Below are positions 19,150 to 28,639 of a stretch of 37,240 nucleotides of DNA, piece after piece. Below the pieces are notes generated by a model. It was not told the origin of the DNA. It did no database searches and saw nothing but the letters and a program-made list of their open reading frames with translations. Each line of letters opens with the position of its first letter. Positions within the stretch are counted from its first letter, which is position 1. Source of the DNA: Vicinamibacteria bacterium (GTDB taxonomy: Bacteria > Acidobacteriota > Vicinamibacteria > Fen-336). The DNA lies in the NCBI GenBank assembly GCA_039812725.1, contig JBDIBD010000003.1, forward strand, positions 1-37,240, given 5' to 3'. Position numbers and translations under genes: made by a program.

Positions 19150-20175
19150 ATGCCCCTTGCCCGCCTGACCACGCCCGTGCTGGCCGCGCTGCTCTGGGCC
19201 TTCCCCGCCCTGGCCGTCAAGGTCGACGTGGTGCTGCTCCAGAACGGCTCGCGCGTGGTGGGCGAGATCAAGTCCATGAGCCGCGCCCGGCTCGAGCTCT
19301 CCACCGACGACATGGGCACGCTCAAGGTCGAGTGGCAGAAGGTCGCCGCCGTGACCGCCCCGGAGTTCTTCGAGGTCGAGACCATGGGCGGCCGCCTGCA
19401 CTTCGGCTCGCTGCGCCCGGGGGCCGGCGAGGGCCGGCTCGAGGTGGTTTCGAGCGACCGCGCCACCAGCCTGGCGCTGCGCGACGTGGCCCGCATCCAG
19501 CTCGTGAAGGCCCGCTTCTTCGACCGCTTCCGGGGCTCGATCGACGCCGGGGCCAGCTACACCAGCGCCTCGGAGCTGCTGCAGCTCGACCTCGACGCCG
19601 AGCTGCGCTACCGGCGCCCGCGCTACGAGCTGGCGCTGGCCGCCGACGCCGTGCTGTCGCGCCAGCCCGACGTGGAGGACACCCGGCGCGCCGCGCTGTC
19701 CGCCAGCTGGGCGCGCCTCTTCTCGAACCGTCACCGGCTGCTGGCCCAGGGGACCCTGGAGCAGAACCGGGAGCTGGGCTACGAGCTGCGCTCGAGCGTG
19801 GTCGCGGGATGGGGCTACCTGCTGGCCCGCGACTCCCACAACGAGCTGCTCGGAGGCGGCGGCCTGGCCGTGAACCGCGAGCAGCCGGTCGAGGGGCAGA
19901 CCACGACCAACGCGGAGCTGACGGCCGGCCTCAACTACGCCCGCTTCGCCTACGACTTCCCCCACACCGACGTGCAGCTCGCCGCCTTCGGCTTCCTGGG
20001 CCTCAACCAGTGGGGCCGTTTCCGGGTGGAGGCCAGCGCCAGCCTGCGCCGCGAGCTTCTGACGGACTTCTACGTGACCCTCAAGGCCTACGAGAGCTAC
20101 GACAGCGCTCCCGCCACGGCGGGGGCGCAGCGGAACGACTGGGGGCTGAGCCTTGGCGTCGGCTACAAGTTCTGA
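19150..20175 (+). CDS. DUF481-like outer-membrane beta-barrel protein, 341 aa
   Basis: Signal peptide ..AFPALA-VK and N-terminal DVVLLQNGSRVVGEIK module. Barrel strands ending LGVGYKF. Confidence 0.65.
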   Translation: MPLARLTTPVLAALLWAFPALAVKVDVVLLQNGSRVVGEIKSMSRARLELSTDDMGTLKVEWQKVAAVTAPEFFEVETMGGRLHFGSLRPGAGEGRLEVVSSDRATSLALRDVARIQLVKARFFDRFRGSIDAGASYTSASELLQLDLDAELRYRRPRYELALAADAVLSRQPDVEDTRRAALSASWARLFSNRHRLLAQGTLEQNRELGYELRSSVVAGWGYLLARDSHNELLGGGGLAVNREQPVEGQTTTNAELTAGLNYARFAYDFPHTDVQLAAFGFLGLNQWGRFRVEASASLRRELLTDFYVTLKAYESYDSAPATAGAQRNDWGLSLGVGYKF

Positions 20176-20357
20176 GGACCCGCCCCCGTGCAGGCGCTCC
20201 ACGCCGCAGCCCGCGCGCCACCGGGTGGGGCGGTGGGTCCCCCTGGGCCGCTCGTGCAGGCGGATTTCCTTTCACGGCAGCTCCTGGGGGTGTCAAGATG
20301 GGCAGGCCGTCAGGCCTGCCGGGCCAGCCCTCCACGGCTGAGAAACGAGGGAAGAAC

Positions 20358-20906
20358 ATGAGGTTCGATCGAGCCGTCCTGGCCGTCGTGGCGCTCTTCG
20401 CGGCCTTCGGCCGCCCCGCCGTCGCCCAGGAGATGCCCCCCAACGCGCCCCACTACGTCAAGAGCCTGGAGGCCCCCGGTCTGGAGCTGCGCTTCCTGGA
20501 CTTCAAGTGGGACCAAGAGGCCTTCGACACGCTGCGCAACGGCGGCACGCACCCGATCGGCTCGCGCAGCTGGGTGCTGGCCCGCCTGGTGCTGACCAAG
20601 AACCCGATGCGTTGCGAGGGCAAGATCATCCCGGTGGGGCCCGCCATCCTGATCCTCAACCCGGCCAAGAAGGGCGGCGCGCCGACCGTGGAGCTGCGCG
20701 CCATCGACATGCGCGAGATCTTCGTGGACATGAACGTGGTGGCCGAGCCGCCTCCCGGCGAGACCTACTTCGTGGGGCCGGCCCAGCTGCGCCCCGTGGA
20801 GCCGAAGGCCGCGCGCCTGGACGTGCGCCTCAACGAGCGCAAGGACGGCGTCGACGTCATCACCCACTACGGCGACCGCGAGCTGACCGTCACCCTCACG
20901 CGCTGA
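20358..20906 (+). CDS. Exported hypothetical protein, 182 aa
   Basis: SD GAGGGA, signal peptide ..RPAVA-QE and strong codon bias. Confidence 0.65.
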   Translation: MRFDRAVLAVVALFAAFGRPAVAQEMPPNAPHYVKSLEAPGLELRFLDFKWDQEAFDTLRNGGTHPIGSRSWVLARLVLTKNPMRCEGKIIPVGPAILILNPAKKGGAPTVELRAIDMREIFVDMNVVAEPPPGETYFVGPAQLRPVEPKAARLDVRLNERKDGVDVITHYGDRELTVTLTR

Positions 20907-20933
20907 GCCGGGACAGGACGCGCCGAAACACCC

Positions 20934-20970
20934 TGGACTGCAGGACGCCGTGGTGGTATGTCTAGACATA
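20934..20970 (+). promoter_or_regulatory. Putative vapBC promoter with a palindromic operator
   Basis: TGGACT (20934-20939), 17-nt spacer ending TGG, TATGTC (20957-20962). The perfect 14-bp palindrome TATGTCTAGACATA (20957-20970) covers the -10 and the start codon. Confidence 0.6.
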
Positions 20971-21215
20971 TGAGGACCACGGTGCGGCTGGATGAGACCT
21001 TGCTGGAGCGGGCCAAGCGCGAGGCGGAGCGCCGGGGGGAAACCCTGACCGCGCTCATCGAGCGGGGCCTGCGCCTCGCGCTCGCCAGCCCGCAGCGACG
21101 TCCGGTGCGACGGCGAGTGGAGGTCCCGGTCTGCCGGGAGGGGGGCGGGACGCTGAAGGGCGTCGACCTCGACGACAGCGCAGCGCTCCTGGACATCGCC
21201 GAGGGTCGCGGGTGA
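20970..21215 (+). CDS. vapB: VapB-type ribbon-helix-helix antitoxin, 81 aa
   Basis: N-terminus MRTTVRLDETLL..AK, C-terminal GVDLDDSAALLD. Overlaps the PIN toxin by GTGA. Confidence 0.85.
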   Translation: MRTTVRLDETLLERAKREAERRGETLTALIERGLRLALASPQRRPVRRRVEVPVCREGGGTLKGVDLDDSAALLDIAEGRG

Positions 21216-21637
21216 TCCTGCCGGACGTCAACGTCCTGCTCTACGCCTTCCGCGCCGACAGTCGCGACCACGCCCGCTATCACGGCTGGCTCGACGGCCT
21301 CCTGAACGGCGACGAGGCGTACGGCATGTCGCCGCAGGTGCTGTGCTCCGTGGTCCGCGTCGCCACGCATCCCCGTATCTACGCCTCGCCCAGCCGCCTC
21401 GAGCACGCCCTGGCCTTCACCCGCGTGCTGCTGGAGCAGCCCAACTGCACGGTCGTGGCGCCCGGCGACCGCCACTTCTCGATCTTCGAGGACCTCTGCC
21501 GGAGGGCGGCGGCCCACGGCAACCTCGTCCAGGACGCCTGGCTGGCCGCCCTCGCGATCGAGTCCGGGTGCGAGTGGGTCACGACCGATGGCGATTTCGC
21601 TCGCTTCCCCGGGCTGCGCTGGCGCCGGCCGTTCTGA
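21212..21637 (+). CDS. vapC: VapC PIN-domain ribonuclease toxin
   Basis: ILPDVNVLLYA, GNLVQDAWLAALAIE and VTTDGDFARFPGLRW. Confidence 0.9.
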   Translation: MILPDVNVLLYAFRADSRDHARYHGWLDGLLNGDEAYGMSPQVLCSVVRVATHPRIYASPSRLEHALAFTRVLLEQPNCTVVAPGDRHFSIFEDLCRRAAAHGNLVQDAWLAALAIESGCEWVTTDGDFARFPGLRWRRPF

Positions 21638-21802
21638 GCCGGCCAGCGCCAGCCGCGTGAGGGTCCCGTCCCTGCGCCGACGACCGGCCCGCGCTCCCGG
21701 GGGTTCGGTCGCGGCCGGCCAGCCGGGTGCGGACCGCGACGCATTCCCGCTTCGTTCCCGAGGGCGGACGGTGCTAGGGTGGGCCCAGGAGGTGGCGACA
21801 CC

Positions 21803-22993
21803 ATGAGCCGGGACGGCCTGGTCGGCGACCCCCCCGACTTCTCGCTGGTGCTGGGCGGGCCGCTCTACCAGCTGTGGCGCCGCGCGCGCCTGGCCGACGA
21901 CGCGCTGCTGCTGGTGCGCCAGCGCATCCTGGCCGTCACGCTGCTCTGCTGGCTGCCGCTGCTGGCGCTCGCGGCCCTGCAGGGACAGCTCCTCGGCGGC
22001 GTGGCCGTCCCCTTCCTGGGGGACGTCGAGACCCACGCGCGCTTCCTGGTGGCGCTGCCGCTGCTGGTGGCCGCCGAGCTGGTGGTGCACCGGCGCATGC
22101 GCTTCGTGGTGCGGCAGTTCCTGGACCGCCACCTGATCCCCGAGGAGTCCCGCCCGCGCTTCGAGGCGGCCATCGCCTCGGCCGTGCGCCTGCGCAACTC
22201 CGTCCTGGCCGAGGTGCTGCTGATCGCCTTCGTCTACCTGGTCGGCGTCCTGGTGGTCTGGCGGCAGTACGGGGCGCTCGCCGCGGCCACCTGGTACGGC
22301 ACGCCGTCCGCCGGGGGCGCACGGCTCTCGTGGGCCGGCCTGTGGCTCGGCTACGTGAGCCTGCCGGTGTTCCAGTTCCTGCTGCTGCGCTGGTACTTCC
22401 GGGTCTTCATCTGGGCGCGCTTCCTGTGGCAGGTCTCCCGCATCGAGCTGCGCCTGGTCCCCACCCACCCGGACCGCAACGGCGGGCTGGGCTTCCTCTC
22501 CAGCACGGTCTACGCCTTCGCCGTGCTGGCGGTGGCGCACGGGGCGCTGCTGGCCGGCCAGCTGGCCAGCCGCATCTTCTTCCTCGGGGCCCGCCTGCCC
22601 GACTTCAAGGTCGAGATCGGCGTCATCGTGGCCTTCCTGCTGTGCGCGGTCTTCGGGCCGCTGCTGGTGTTCACGCCCCAGCTGGCCGAGGCCAGGCGCA
22701 CCGGCCTGCGCGAGTACGGCACGCTGGCCCAGCGCTACGTGCGCGAGTTCGACGCCAAGTGGCTGCGCGGCGGCGCGCCCGCCGGCGAGGCGCTGGTGGG
22801 CAGCGGCGACGTCCAGTCCCTGGCCGACCTGGCCAACTGCTTCGACGTGGTGCGGGGCCTGCGCATCGTGCCCGTCACGAAGGAGGCCGTGCTGCAGCTC
22901 GCGGTCGCCACCCTGCTGCCGATCGCCCCGCTGCTGCTGACCATGATGCCGCTCGAAGAGCTGCTGCGGAAGCTGTTCGGCATCCTGTTCTAG
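21803..22993 (+). CDS. Conserved hypothetical integral membrane protein, 396 aa
   Basis: SD AGGAGG and an extended -10-like TGcTAGGGT at 21772-21780. Several TM segments, with motifs FSLVLGGPLY, HPDRNGGLGFL and DVQSLADL. Confidence 0.75.
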   Translation: MSRDGLVGDPPDFSLVLGGPLYQLWRRARLADDALLLVRQRILAVTLLCWLPLLALAALQGQLLGGVAVPFLGDVETHARFLVALPLLVAAELVVHRRMRFVVRQFLDRHLIPEESRPRFEAAIASAVRLRNSVLAEVLLIAFVYLVGVLVVWRQYGALAAATWYGTPSAGGARLSWAGLWLGYVSLPVFQFLLLRWYFRVFIWARFLWQVSRIELRLVPTHPDRNGGLGFLSSTVYAFAVLAVAHGALLAGQLASRIFFLGARLPDFKVEIGVIVAFLLCAVFGPLLVFTPQLAEARRTGLREYGTLAQRYVREFDAKWLRGGAPAGEALVGSGDVQSLADLANCFDVVRGLRIVPVTKEAVLQLAVATLLPIAPLLLTMMPLEELLRKLFGILF

Positions 22994-23007
22994 GGACTCT
23001 CGAGGGC

Positions 23008-23040
23008 CCGGGGACCGGCGCCAGGCGGCGCCGGCCCCGG
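23008..23040. terminator. GC hairpin between convergent genes
   Basis: CCGGGG-a-CCGGCGCC / GGCGCCGG-CCCCGG: 14-bp stem, 4-nt loop, no U-tract. Confidence 0.45.
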
Positions 23041-23048
23041 AGTCACGG

Positions 23049-25787
23049 CTACGGCAGCAGGTTGCCGTCGGCGTCGATCGAGCGGATCGGGCCCAGGTTC
23101 AGCTCCTTCAGGCCGGCCTCGACCTTGGCCTTGTCGCCCACCACGATCCAGACCAGGTGGTCGGGGTCGACGCCCTTCTTCCCCGCCGCCTGGACCTGCT
23201 CGAGCGTCAGGCCGCGGATGCGGCCGGCGTAGCCGTCGAAGTAGCGGTCGTCGAAGCCGAAGCGCACGATCTCGGCCAGCGAGCCGGCCACGGCCGCGCC
23301 CGTCTCCCACTGGCCCGGCAGGGTCAGCGTGAGGCCGTTCTTGGCCGTCTGCAGCTCGTCGGCCGTGATGGGCTTCTCGCCGCGGATGCCGCGCAGCTCC
23401 TTCAGGATCTCGGCCGCCGACTCCCGGGTCTTGTCCGACTGCACCGGGGCGATGGCGAGGAAGGGCCGCGGGCCGCGGGCGTCCCAGTAGAAGGCCTGGG
23501 CGCCGTAGGACCAGTGCTTGTCCTCGCGCAGGTTCATGTTGAGGCGCGAGATGAACTGCGTGCCGAGCACCGCGCTCATGGCCTCGAGGGCGGGCTCGTC
23601 GGGGTTGGCCTTGGGCGCGGCCACGTGGCCCGCGATGACCACCGACTGGATCGCGCCCGGCCGGTCGAGCAGGTAGACCTCGGACCTGGGCCGCGGCGCC
23701 ACCTCGGCCACGTTCTTCTTCGGGGCCTGGCCGGCCTTCCAGCCGGTGAAGGCCGCCTCGAGCTTCGGCACGATCTCGGCGGCGGTGGTGTCGCCCACCA
23801 CGACCAGCGTGGCGCTGCCGGGCCGGAACCAGGTGGCGTGCCACCTCTCCACGTCGGCTCGGGTGAGCTTGCCGACGGTGGCCTGCGTCCCCGACCCGGT
23901 CAGCGGGTTGCCGTAGGCGTGGCCGGGGCCGTAGATCAGCCGGGGCAGCACGCGCAGGGCCATCGGGAAGGGCGAGGCGCTCTCGCGCTCGATGGCGGCC
24001 AGCTGCTGGCGCTTGAGGCGCTCGAAGTCCGCCTCGGGGAAGGCCGGGTTCTGGACCACGTCGGCCAGGATGTCGAGCGACGGCCCCAGGTTGGCCTTGA
24101 GCGCCGAGAGCGTGACGCTGGTCAGGTCGAGGTTGGCGCCGGTGCTGAGCGTGGCGCCCAGCTTGACCAGCGCGCTGCTGATCTCGAGCGCGCTGCGGGT
24201 CTTCGTCCCCTCGTCCAGCATGTCGGCCGCCAGCTTGGCCGTCCCGGGCAGGCCGCCCTGGTCCGAGGCGTAGCCGGCGTCCACCAGCAGGTTGAAGCTC
24301 ACCACCGGCACGGCGTGGCGCTCGGCCACGATCACCTTCAGGCCGTTCTTCAGCGTGGCGCGTGTGAAGGCCGGGAACCTCGGCTCGGGCGCCTGGCCCG
24401 CGTCGGGCTTCTTCTGGCGGTCGGCGCCGGCAGCCGCGGCCTCGTGCTCCGGCAGCGGGGTCACGGTCAGCACGTACTGGCCGTCCGACAGGAAGCGCCG
24501 GGCCGCGTCCCAGACCTGCTGCGGGGTGGCCTCCCGCACGCGCCGCAGGCGGGCCTTGTAGGCCTCGGGCGAGCCGCCGTAGACCTGGCTCTGGGCCAGC
24601 ACGTCGGACTTGCCGCCGAAGCCGCCGATGCGCTCGATGCCGCGCGTGAACTCGGCCAGCACCTGCGTGCGCGCGGCCTCCAGTTCCTCGGCCGTGGGGC
24701 CCTTCTCCAGGAAGCGTGCCAGCTCCTCGTCGAGGGCCTGCTCGACCCGGGCCGCGTCGCCGCCCGGGCGCACGTAGGCGTCGAGGTAGAACTGCCCGCC
24801 GATCTCGGCCGCGTCCTGGGCGGCGCTGACCTGGGTGGCCGACTGGTCGTCGTAGACCAGGCGCTTGTAGAGCCGCGAGGTCTTGCCGGTGCGGGCCAGG
24901 ACGCGCGCCGCCAGGTCCAGCAGGGCGCTGTCGTCGGTCCCCCAGCCGGGGGAGTTCCAGACCTTGAAGATGCGGGCCTGCGGCACGCGGTCCTGCATGG
25001 TCTGGCGATGGGTGCCCGTGCGCTGGGCGATCCAGGCCTCCTGGCGCGACACCGGCGGGCCCGGCGGGATGTCGCCGAAGTACTTCTCGACCTTGGCCCT
25101 GGCCTCCTCGAAGGTCACGTCGCCGGCCACCACCAGCACCGCGTTGGCGGCGCCGTAGTAGTCCTGGAACCACTGCTTGACGTCGGCCAGGCTGGCGGCC
25201 TGCAGGTCCTCCATCTCGCCGATCACGGTCCACGAGTACGGGTGGCCGGGCGGGTAGGTGCCCTTCTGGATCAGCTCGTCGACCCGGCCGTAGGGCTCGT
25301 TCTCGCCCTGGCGCTTCTCGTTCTGCACCACCCCGCGCTGCTCGTCGAGGCGGGCCTGGTCGATGGCGCCCAGCAGGTGGCCCATGCGGTCGGACTCCAT
25401 CCACAGCACCAGGTCGAGGGCCGGCTTCGGCACGTTCTGGAAGTAGTTGGTGCGGTCCTGGTTGGTGGTGCCGTTCAGGTCGGTGGCGCCGATCTTCTCC
25501 AGCACCTTGAAGTAGTCGTCGTTGAAGTTCTCCGAGCCGTTGAACATCAGGTGCTCGAAGAGGTGCGCGAAGCCCGTCTTGCCGGGCTTCTCGTTCTTGG
25601 AGCCGACGTGGTACCAGACGTTGACCGCCACGATGGGGGCCTTGTGGTCCTCGTGGACGATCAGCGTCAGGCCGTTCTTCAGGACGTGCTTCTGGTACGG
25701 GATGTCGAGTCCGGCGTCCTGGGCGGACGCCAGGGGGGCCGCCCCCAGCACCGCCGCCAGGGCGGCCGCGACGAATGCGCTCTTCAT
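23049..25787 (-). CDS. M16 family (pitrilysin-like) zinc protease, exported, 912 aa
   Basis: Inverted zinc motif HLFEH in GKTGFAHLFEHLMF. Two M16 modules (LKNGL twice) and RLNMNLREDKHWSYG. Signal peptide MKSAFVAAALAAVLGAAPLASA. Confidence 0.92.
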   Translation of the reverse strand: MKSAFVAAALAAVLGAAPLASAQDAGLDIPYQKHVLKNGLTLIVHEDHKAPIVAVNVWYHVGSKNEKPGKTGFAHLFEHLMFNGSENFNDDYFKVLEKIGATDLNGTTNQDRTNYFQNVPKPALDLVLWMESDRMGHLLGAIDQARLDEQRGVVQNEKRQGENEPYGRVDELIQKGTYPPGHPYSWTVIGEMEDLQAASLADVKQWFQDYYGAANAVLVVAGDVTFEEARAKVEKYFGDIPPGPPVSRQEAWIAQRTGTHRQTMQDRVPQARIFKVWNSPGWGTDDSALLDLAARVLARTGKTSRLYKRLVYDDQSATQVSAAQDAAEIGGQFYLDAYVRPGGDAARVEQALDEELARFLEKGPTAEELEAARTQVLAEFTRGIERIGGFGGKSDVLAQSQVYGGSPEAYKARLRRVREATPQQVWDAARRFLSDGQYVLTVTPLPEHEAAAAGADRQKKPDAGQAPEPRFPAFTRATLKNGLKVIVAERHAVPVVSFNLLVDAGYASDQGGLPGTAKLAADMLDEGTKTRSALEISSALVKLGATLSTGANLDLTSVTLSALKANLGPSLDILADVVQNPAFPEADFERLKRQQLAAIERESASPFPMALRVLPRLIYGPGHAYGNPLTGSGTQATVGKLTRADVERWHATWFRPGSATLVVVGDTTAAEIVPKLEAAFTGWKAGQAPKKNVAEVAPRPRSEVYLLDRPGAIQSVVIAGHVAAPKANPDEPALEAMSAVLGTQFISRLNMNLREDKHWSYGAQAFYWDARGPRPFLAIAPVQSDKTRESAAEILKELRGIRGEKPITADELQTAKNGLTLTLPGQWETGAAVAGSLAEIVRFGFDDRYFDGYAGRIRGLTLEQVQAAGKKGVDPDHLVWIVVGDKAKVEAGLKELNLGPIRSIDADGNLLP

Positions 25788-25950
25788 TTTCGATGACTCC
25801 TGCAGGTCTGGTGACCGGGGCCCGGCGCCACGCGCCGCCCGAGAGAGGGCGGCAGACCGCCCCCTGGGGCATACGATACCCGGCCTGGCCGGGTTCCGGG
25901 GATTCCCCGGTGCTAAGATGACGTGTCGGCCGCGTCCAAGGAGGTCCCGG

Positions 25951-27690
25951 ATGTGGCGCCCGCTTCGATCCCTCCTGCCCTGCCTGGCCGTCCTGTCCTG
26001 CCTGGCGGCTCCGGCCGCGGCCCAGCTGGTCGAGTGCCAGGAGCCGGGCAACCACATCGTGAACTGCGGCTTCGACACGGACGTGTCGGGCTGGAACCTG
26101 ACCTGGGGCAGCTTCGCCCACCAGCCCGGGGACGGCTGGCCGCTGCCCGGCAGCCTGGAAGCACAGTCGGTCACCACCCCCACCAGCGCGGTGATCGAGT
26201 TCGAGCAGCTCGTGCCGGTGCTGGCGCCCGCCAGCTCGTACGACTACTCGCTCGACGTGCGGGTGATCTCGGGCACGGCCGACGAATGCGCGCTCACGCT
26301 CGTGGTCAACGGCAGCCACACCATCATTTGGGTCTTCTATCCCGGCGCCGGCTGGTCGCGGGTCAACGCGCGGGCCCAGCCCGCCGCCGTGGGCAGCTTC
26401 GCGACCTTCAAGGTGAGCTGCTTCAACTACTCCTCCCAGCCCTTCGCGATGCGCTTCGACGACGCCTACCTGGCGCCGACCGTGTGGACGCCCGACGTGA
26501 GCGTGGCCCTGGTGAGCTGCCAGGGCACGCTGGCCCTCGGGGGCGGCGTGGCCTACGGCGCGCTGGTGGAGAACCACGACTCCACTCGCGCGGCCGACGT
26601 GGACCTGGTGGCCAGCCTGCCCGGCACCTGCCGCTGGGCCTGCGCACCCACCGCCGGCGCGTTCTGCACCACCGGGCCGGTGCAGGGCCCGCTGACCGAC
26701 GCGGTCTACCTCCCGGCTGGCGGCAGCGTCAGCTACGACGTGACCTGCCTCGACGCCACCGGCCCCGACGCCACCTTGACGGCCACGGTGCTGGGCGGCA
26801 GCGACCCGAACCCGGCCGACAACGTGGACACGCACTGGCACGCCGTCGTCCCGGCCACGGAGGCGCCCCACGTCAAGGGCGACCTGACGGGCGACATGCA
26901 GGTCGACCTGGTGTGGCGCCAGCAGGCCAACTGGACCCACGCGGTGTGGGAGCAGGTGGGCGTGCGCCGCCTGGGGGCCGCCGCCGCCCTCACACCCACC
27001 CCGGACGCCGTCTGGGAGCTGGAGGGCGTCGACGACTTCGACGGCGACCACCGCAGCGACCTGGTCTTCCGGCACGCCACCAGCGGCGCGGTGGAGTTCT
27101 GGCTGATGAACGGCCTCACGCGCGTGGGCGAGCCCGTGCCGCTGGGCAACGCCCCGACCCTGCCGCTCGACTGGCAGCTGGCCGTGACCGGCGACCTCGA
27201 CGGCGACGCGCGGCCCGACCTGCTGTGGCGCAGCACCGCCACCCAGAAGCTCGCGGTCTGGATCATGAACGGCACCGACCGCGCCGGCGTGCTCGTGCCC
27301 AGCCCCGACCAGGCCGTGCACCCCAACTGGGACGTGGTGGCCGCCCTCGACTACGACGGCGACCAGCTGCGCGACCTGCTCTGGTACAACTCGACCTCGG
27401 GCCGCATCGTGCTGTGGCTGATGGACGCGAGCCTGGTGCGGCGCACGGGCTTCTTCACCAACCCGCCCGGCGCGGGCGACAACAACTGGAAGGTGCTGGC
27501 CAGCGGCGACTACGGCATCGGTCCCGGCGGGCGCACCTGCGCCAACGACCTGGTCTGGCGCAACGACAACTCCGGCAAGCTGGTGGTCTGGTACATGGAC
27601 CGGGCTGGCAACCGCACGTCGGGCACGTTCGTGTCGCCCGCGGCGCCGTCGCCCGATCCGCTGGGCTGGAACCTCGTCGGGCCGCGCTGA
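25951..27690 (+). CDS. Exported protein: CBM-like N-domain, DUF11-like Ig domain and C-terminal FG-GAP/VCBS repeats, 579 aa
   Basis: SD AAGGAGG, TGcTAAGAT at 25911-25919 and a signal peptide. Contains NCGFDTDVSGW, SDPNPADN and repeats DFDGDHRSDLVFR, GDLDGDARPDLLWR and DYDGDQLRDLLW. Confidence 0.75.
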   Translation: MWRPLRSLLPCLAVLSCLAAPAAAQLVECQEPGNHIVNCGFDTDVSGWNLTWGSFAHQPGDGWPLPGSLEAQSVTTPTSAVIEFEQLVPVLAPASSYDYSLDVRVISGTADECALTLVVNGSHTIIWVFYPGAGWSRVNARAQPAAVGSFATFKVSCFNYSSQPFAMRFDDAYLAPTVWTPDVSVALVSCQGTLALGGGVAYGALVENHDSTRAADVDLVASLPGTCRWACAPTAGAFCTTGPVQGPLTDAVYLPAGGSVSYDVTCLDATGPDATLTATVLGGSDPNPADNVDTHWHAVVPATEAPHVKGDLTGDMQVDLVWRQQANWTHAVWEQVGVRRLGAAAALTPTPDAVWELEGVDDFDGDHRSDLVFRHATSGAVEFWLMNGLTRVGEPVPLGNAPTLPLDWQLAVTGDLDGDARPDLLWRSTATQKLAVWIMNGTDRAGVLVPSPDQAVHPNWDVVAALDYDGDQLRDLLWYNSTSGRIVLWLMDASLVRRTGFFTNPPGAGDNNWKVLASGDYGIGPGGRTCANDLVWRNDNSGKLVVWYMDRAGNRTSGTFVSPAAPSPDPLGWNLVGPR

Positions 27691-27710
27691 GGCGGAACCC
27701 GCCGCGCGCC

Positions 27711-27739
27711 TTGACCCTTCCGCCGGCAGCGTCCATGCT
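27711..27739 (+). promoter_or_regulatory. Putative sigma70 promoter of the hypothetical-fahA operon
   Basis: TTGACC-17 nt-CATGCT, followed by SD GGAGG and GTG 27764. Confidence 0.55.
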
Positions 27740-27763
27740 TGGCGGCTCCGGAGGTCGACGCGC

Positions 27764-28639
27764 GTGACTGCCCTGCGAGAGCTGCTGACGGGGATCGTGG
27801 ACTATGCCGGGCTCTTCCCGCCGGCCCAGCTCGACATGCCCGCGGCCGTGGCCGAGTACGCGGCCCACCGCAAGAGCGCCGAGAGCTGGATGCTGGGGCG
27901 GTTCGTCGTGCCGGCGGCGCGCCTGGCCGAGCTCGCCTCGGCGGCGTCCTCGCACCTGTCCGCGGGAGACCCCTGGCGGCTCTCCGCGCTGGTGGGCGCC
28001 GACGCGACGGCCGACGGCGCGGTCATCGCGGCCTTCAACACGACGCACGCGGGCCGGGCCGTGGTCGACGCGGTCGAGCTGAAGGCCAGCACGCCCGCCG
28101 AGGTCGAGCGGGCCCTGGCCGCGCTGCCGCGCGACCTCACGGCCTACGTCGAGCTGCCGCTCCTGGCCGAGCTCGAGCCGCTGCTGGCCGCGCTCAAGGC
28201 CGGTGGCGCGCGGGCCAAGGTCCGCACGGGCGGTCTGGTCCCAGAGGCCATCCCCGCCGCGGCCGACGTGGCCCGCTTCATGGCCGCCTGCCGCAACGCG
28301 GGGGTGCCGTTCAAGGCCACGGCGGGCCTGCACCACCCGCTGCGGGGCGAGCAGGCCCTGACGTACGCCCCGGACAGCCCGCGCGGGGTGATGCACGGCT
28401 TCCTCAACGTCTTCGCCGCGGCAGCCCTGTTGCGCGCGGGCGCGCCGGCCGACGAGGCCCTGGCCCTGCTGCGCGAGGAGCGGCGCGAGGCGCTGCGCTT
28501 CCTCCCGGCCGGCCTCGAGTGGAACGGCCGCCACCTGCCCGCGGCCGCCCTGGCGGCCGCCCGCGAGCTGGCCGTGGGCTTCGGCTCGTGCTCGTTCCGC
28601 GAGCCGGTGGCCGACCTGCGGCAGATGGGACTGCTATGA
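27764..28639 (+). CDS. Conserved hypothetical protein coupled to fahA
   Basis: Motifs VDYAGLFPPA, AKVRTGG, FKATAGLHHP, MHGFLN and FGSCSFREP. ATGA overlap with fahA. Confidence 0.75.
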   Translation: MTALRELLTGIVDYAGLFPPAQLDMPAAVAEYAAHRKSAESWMLGRFVVPAARLAELASAASSHLSAGDPWRLSALVGADATADGAVIAAFNTTHAGRAVVDAVELKASTPAEVERALAALPRDLTAYVELPLLAELEPLLAALKAGGARAKVRTGGLVPEAIPAAADVARFMAACRNAGVPFKATAGLHHPLRGEQALTYAPDSPRGVMHGFLNVFAAAALLRAGAPADEALALLREERREALRFLPAGLEWNGRHLPAAALAAARELAVGFGSCSFREPVADLRQMGLL

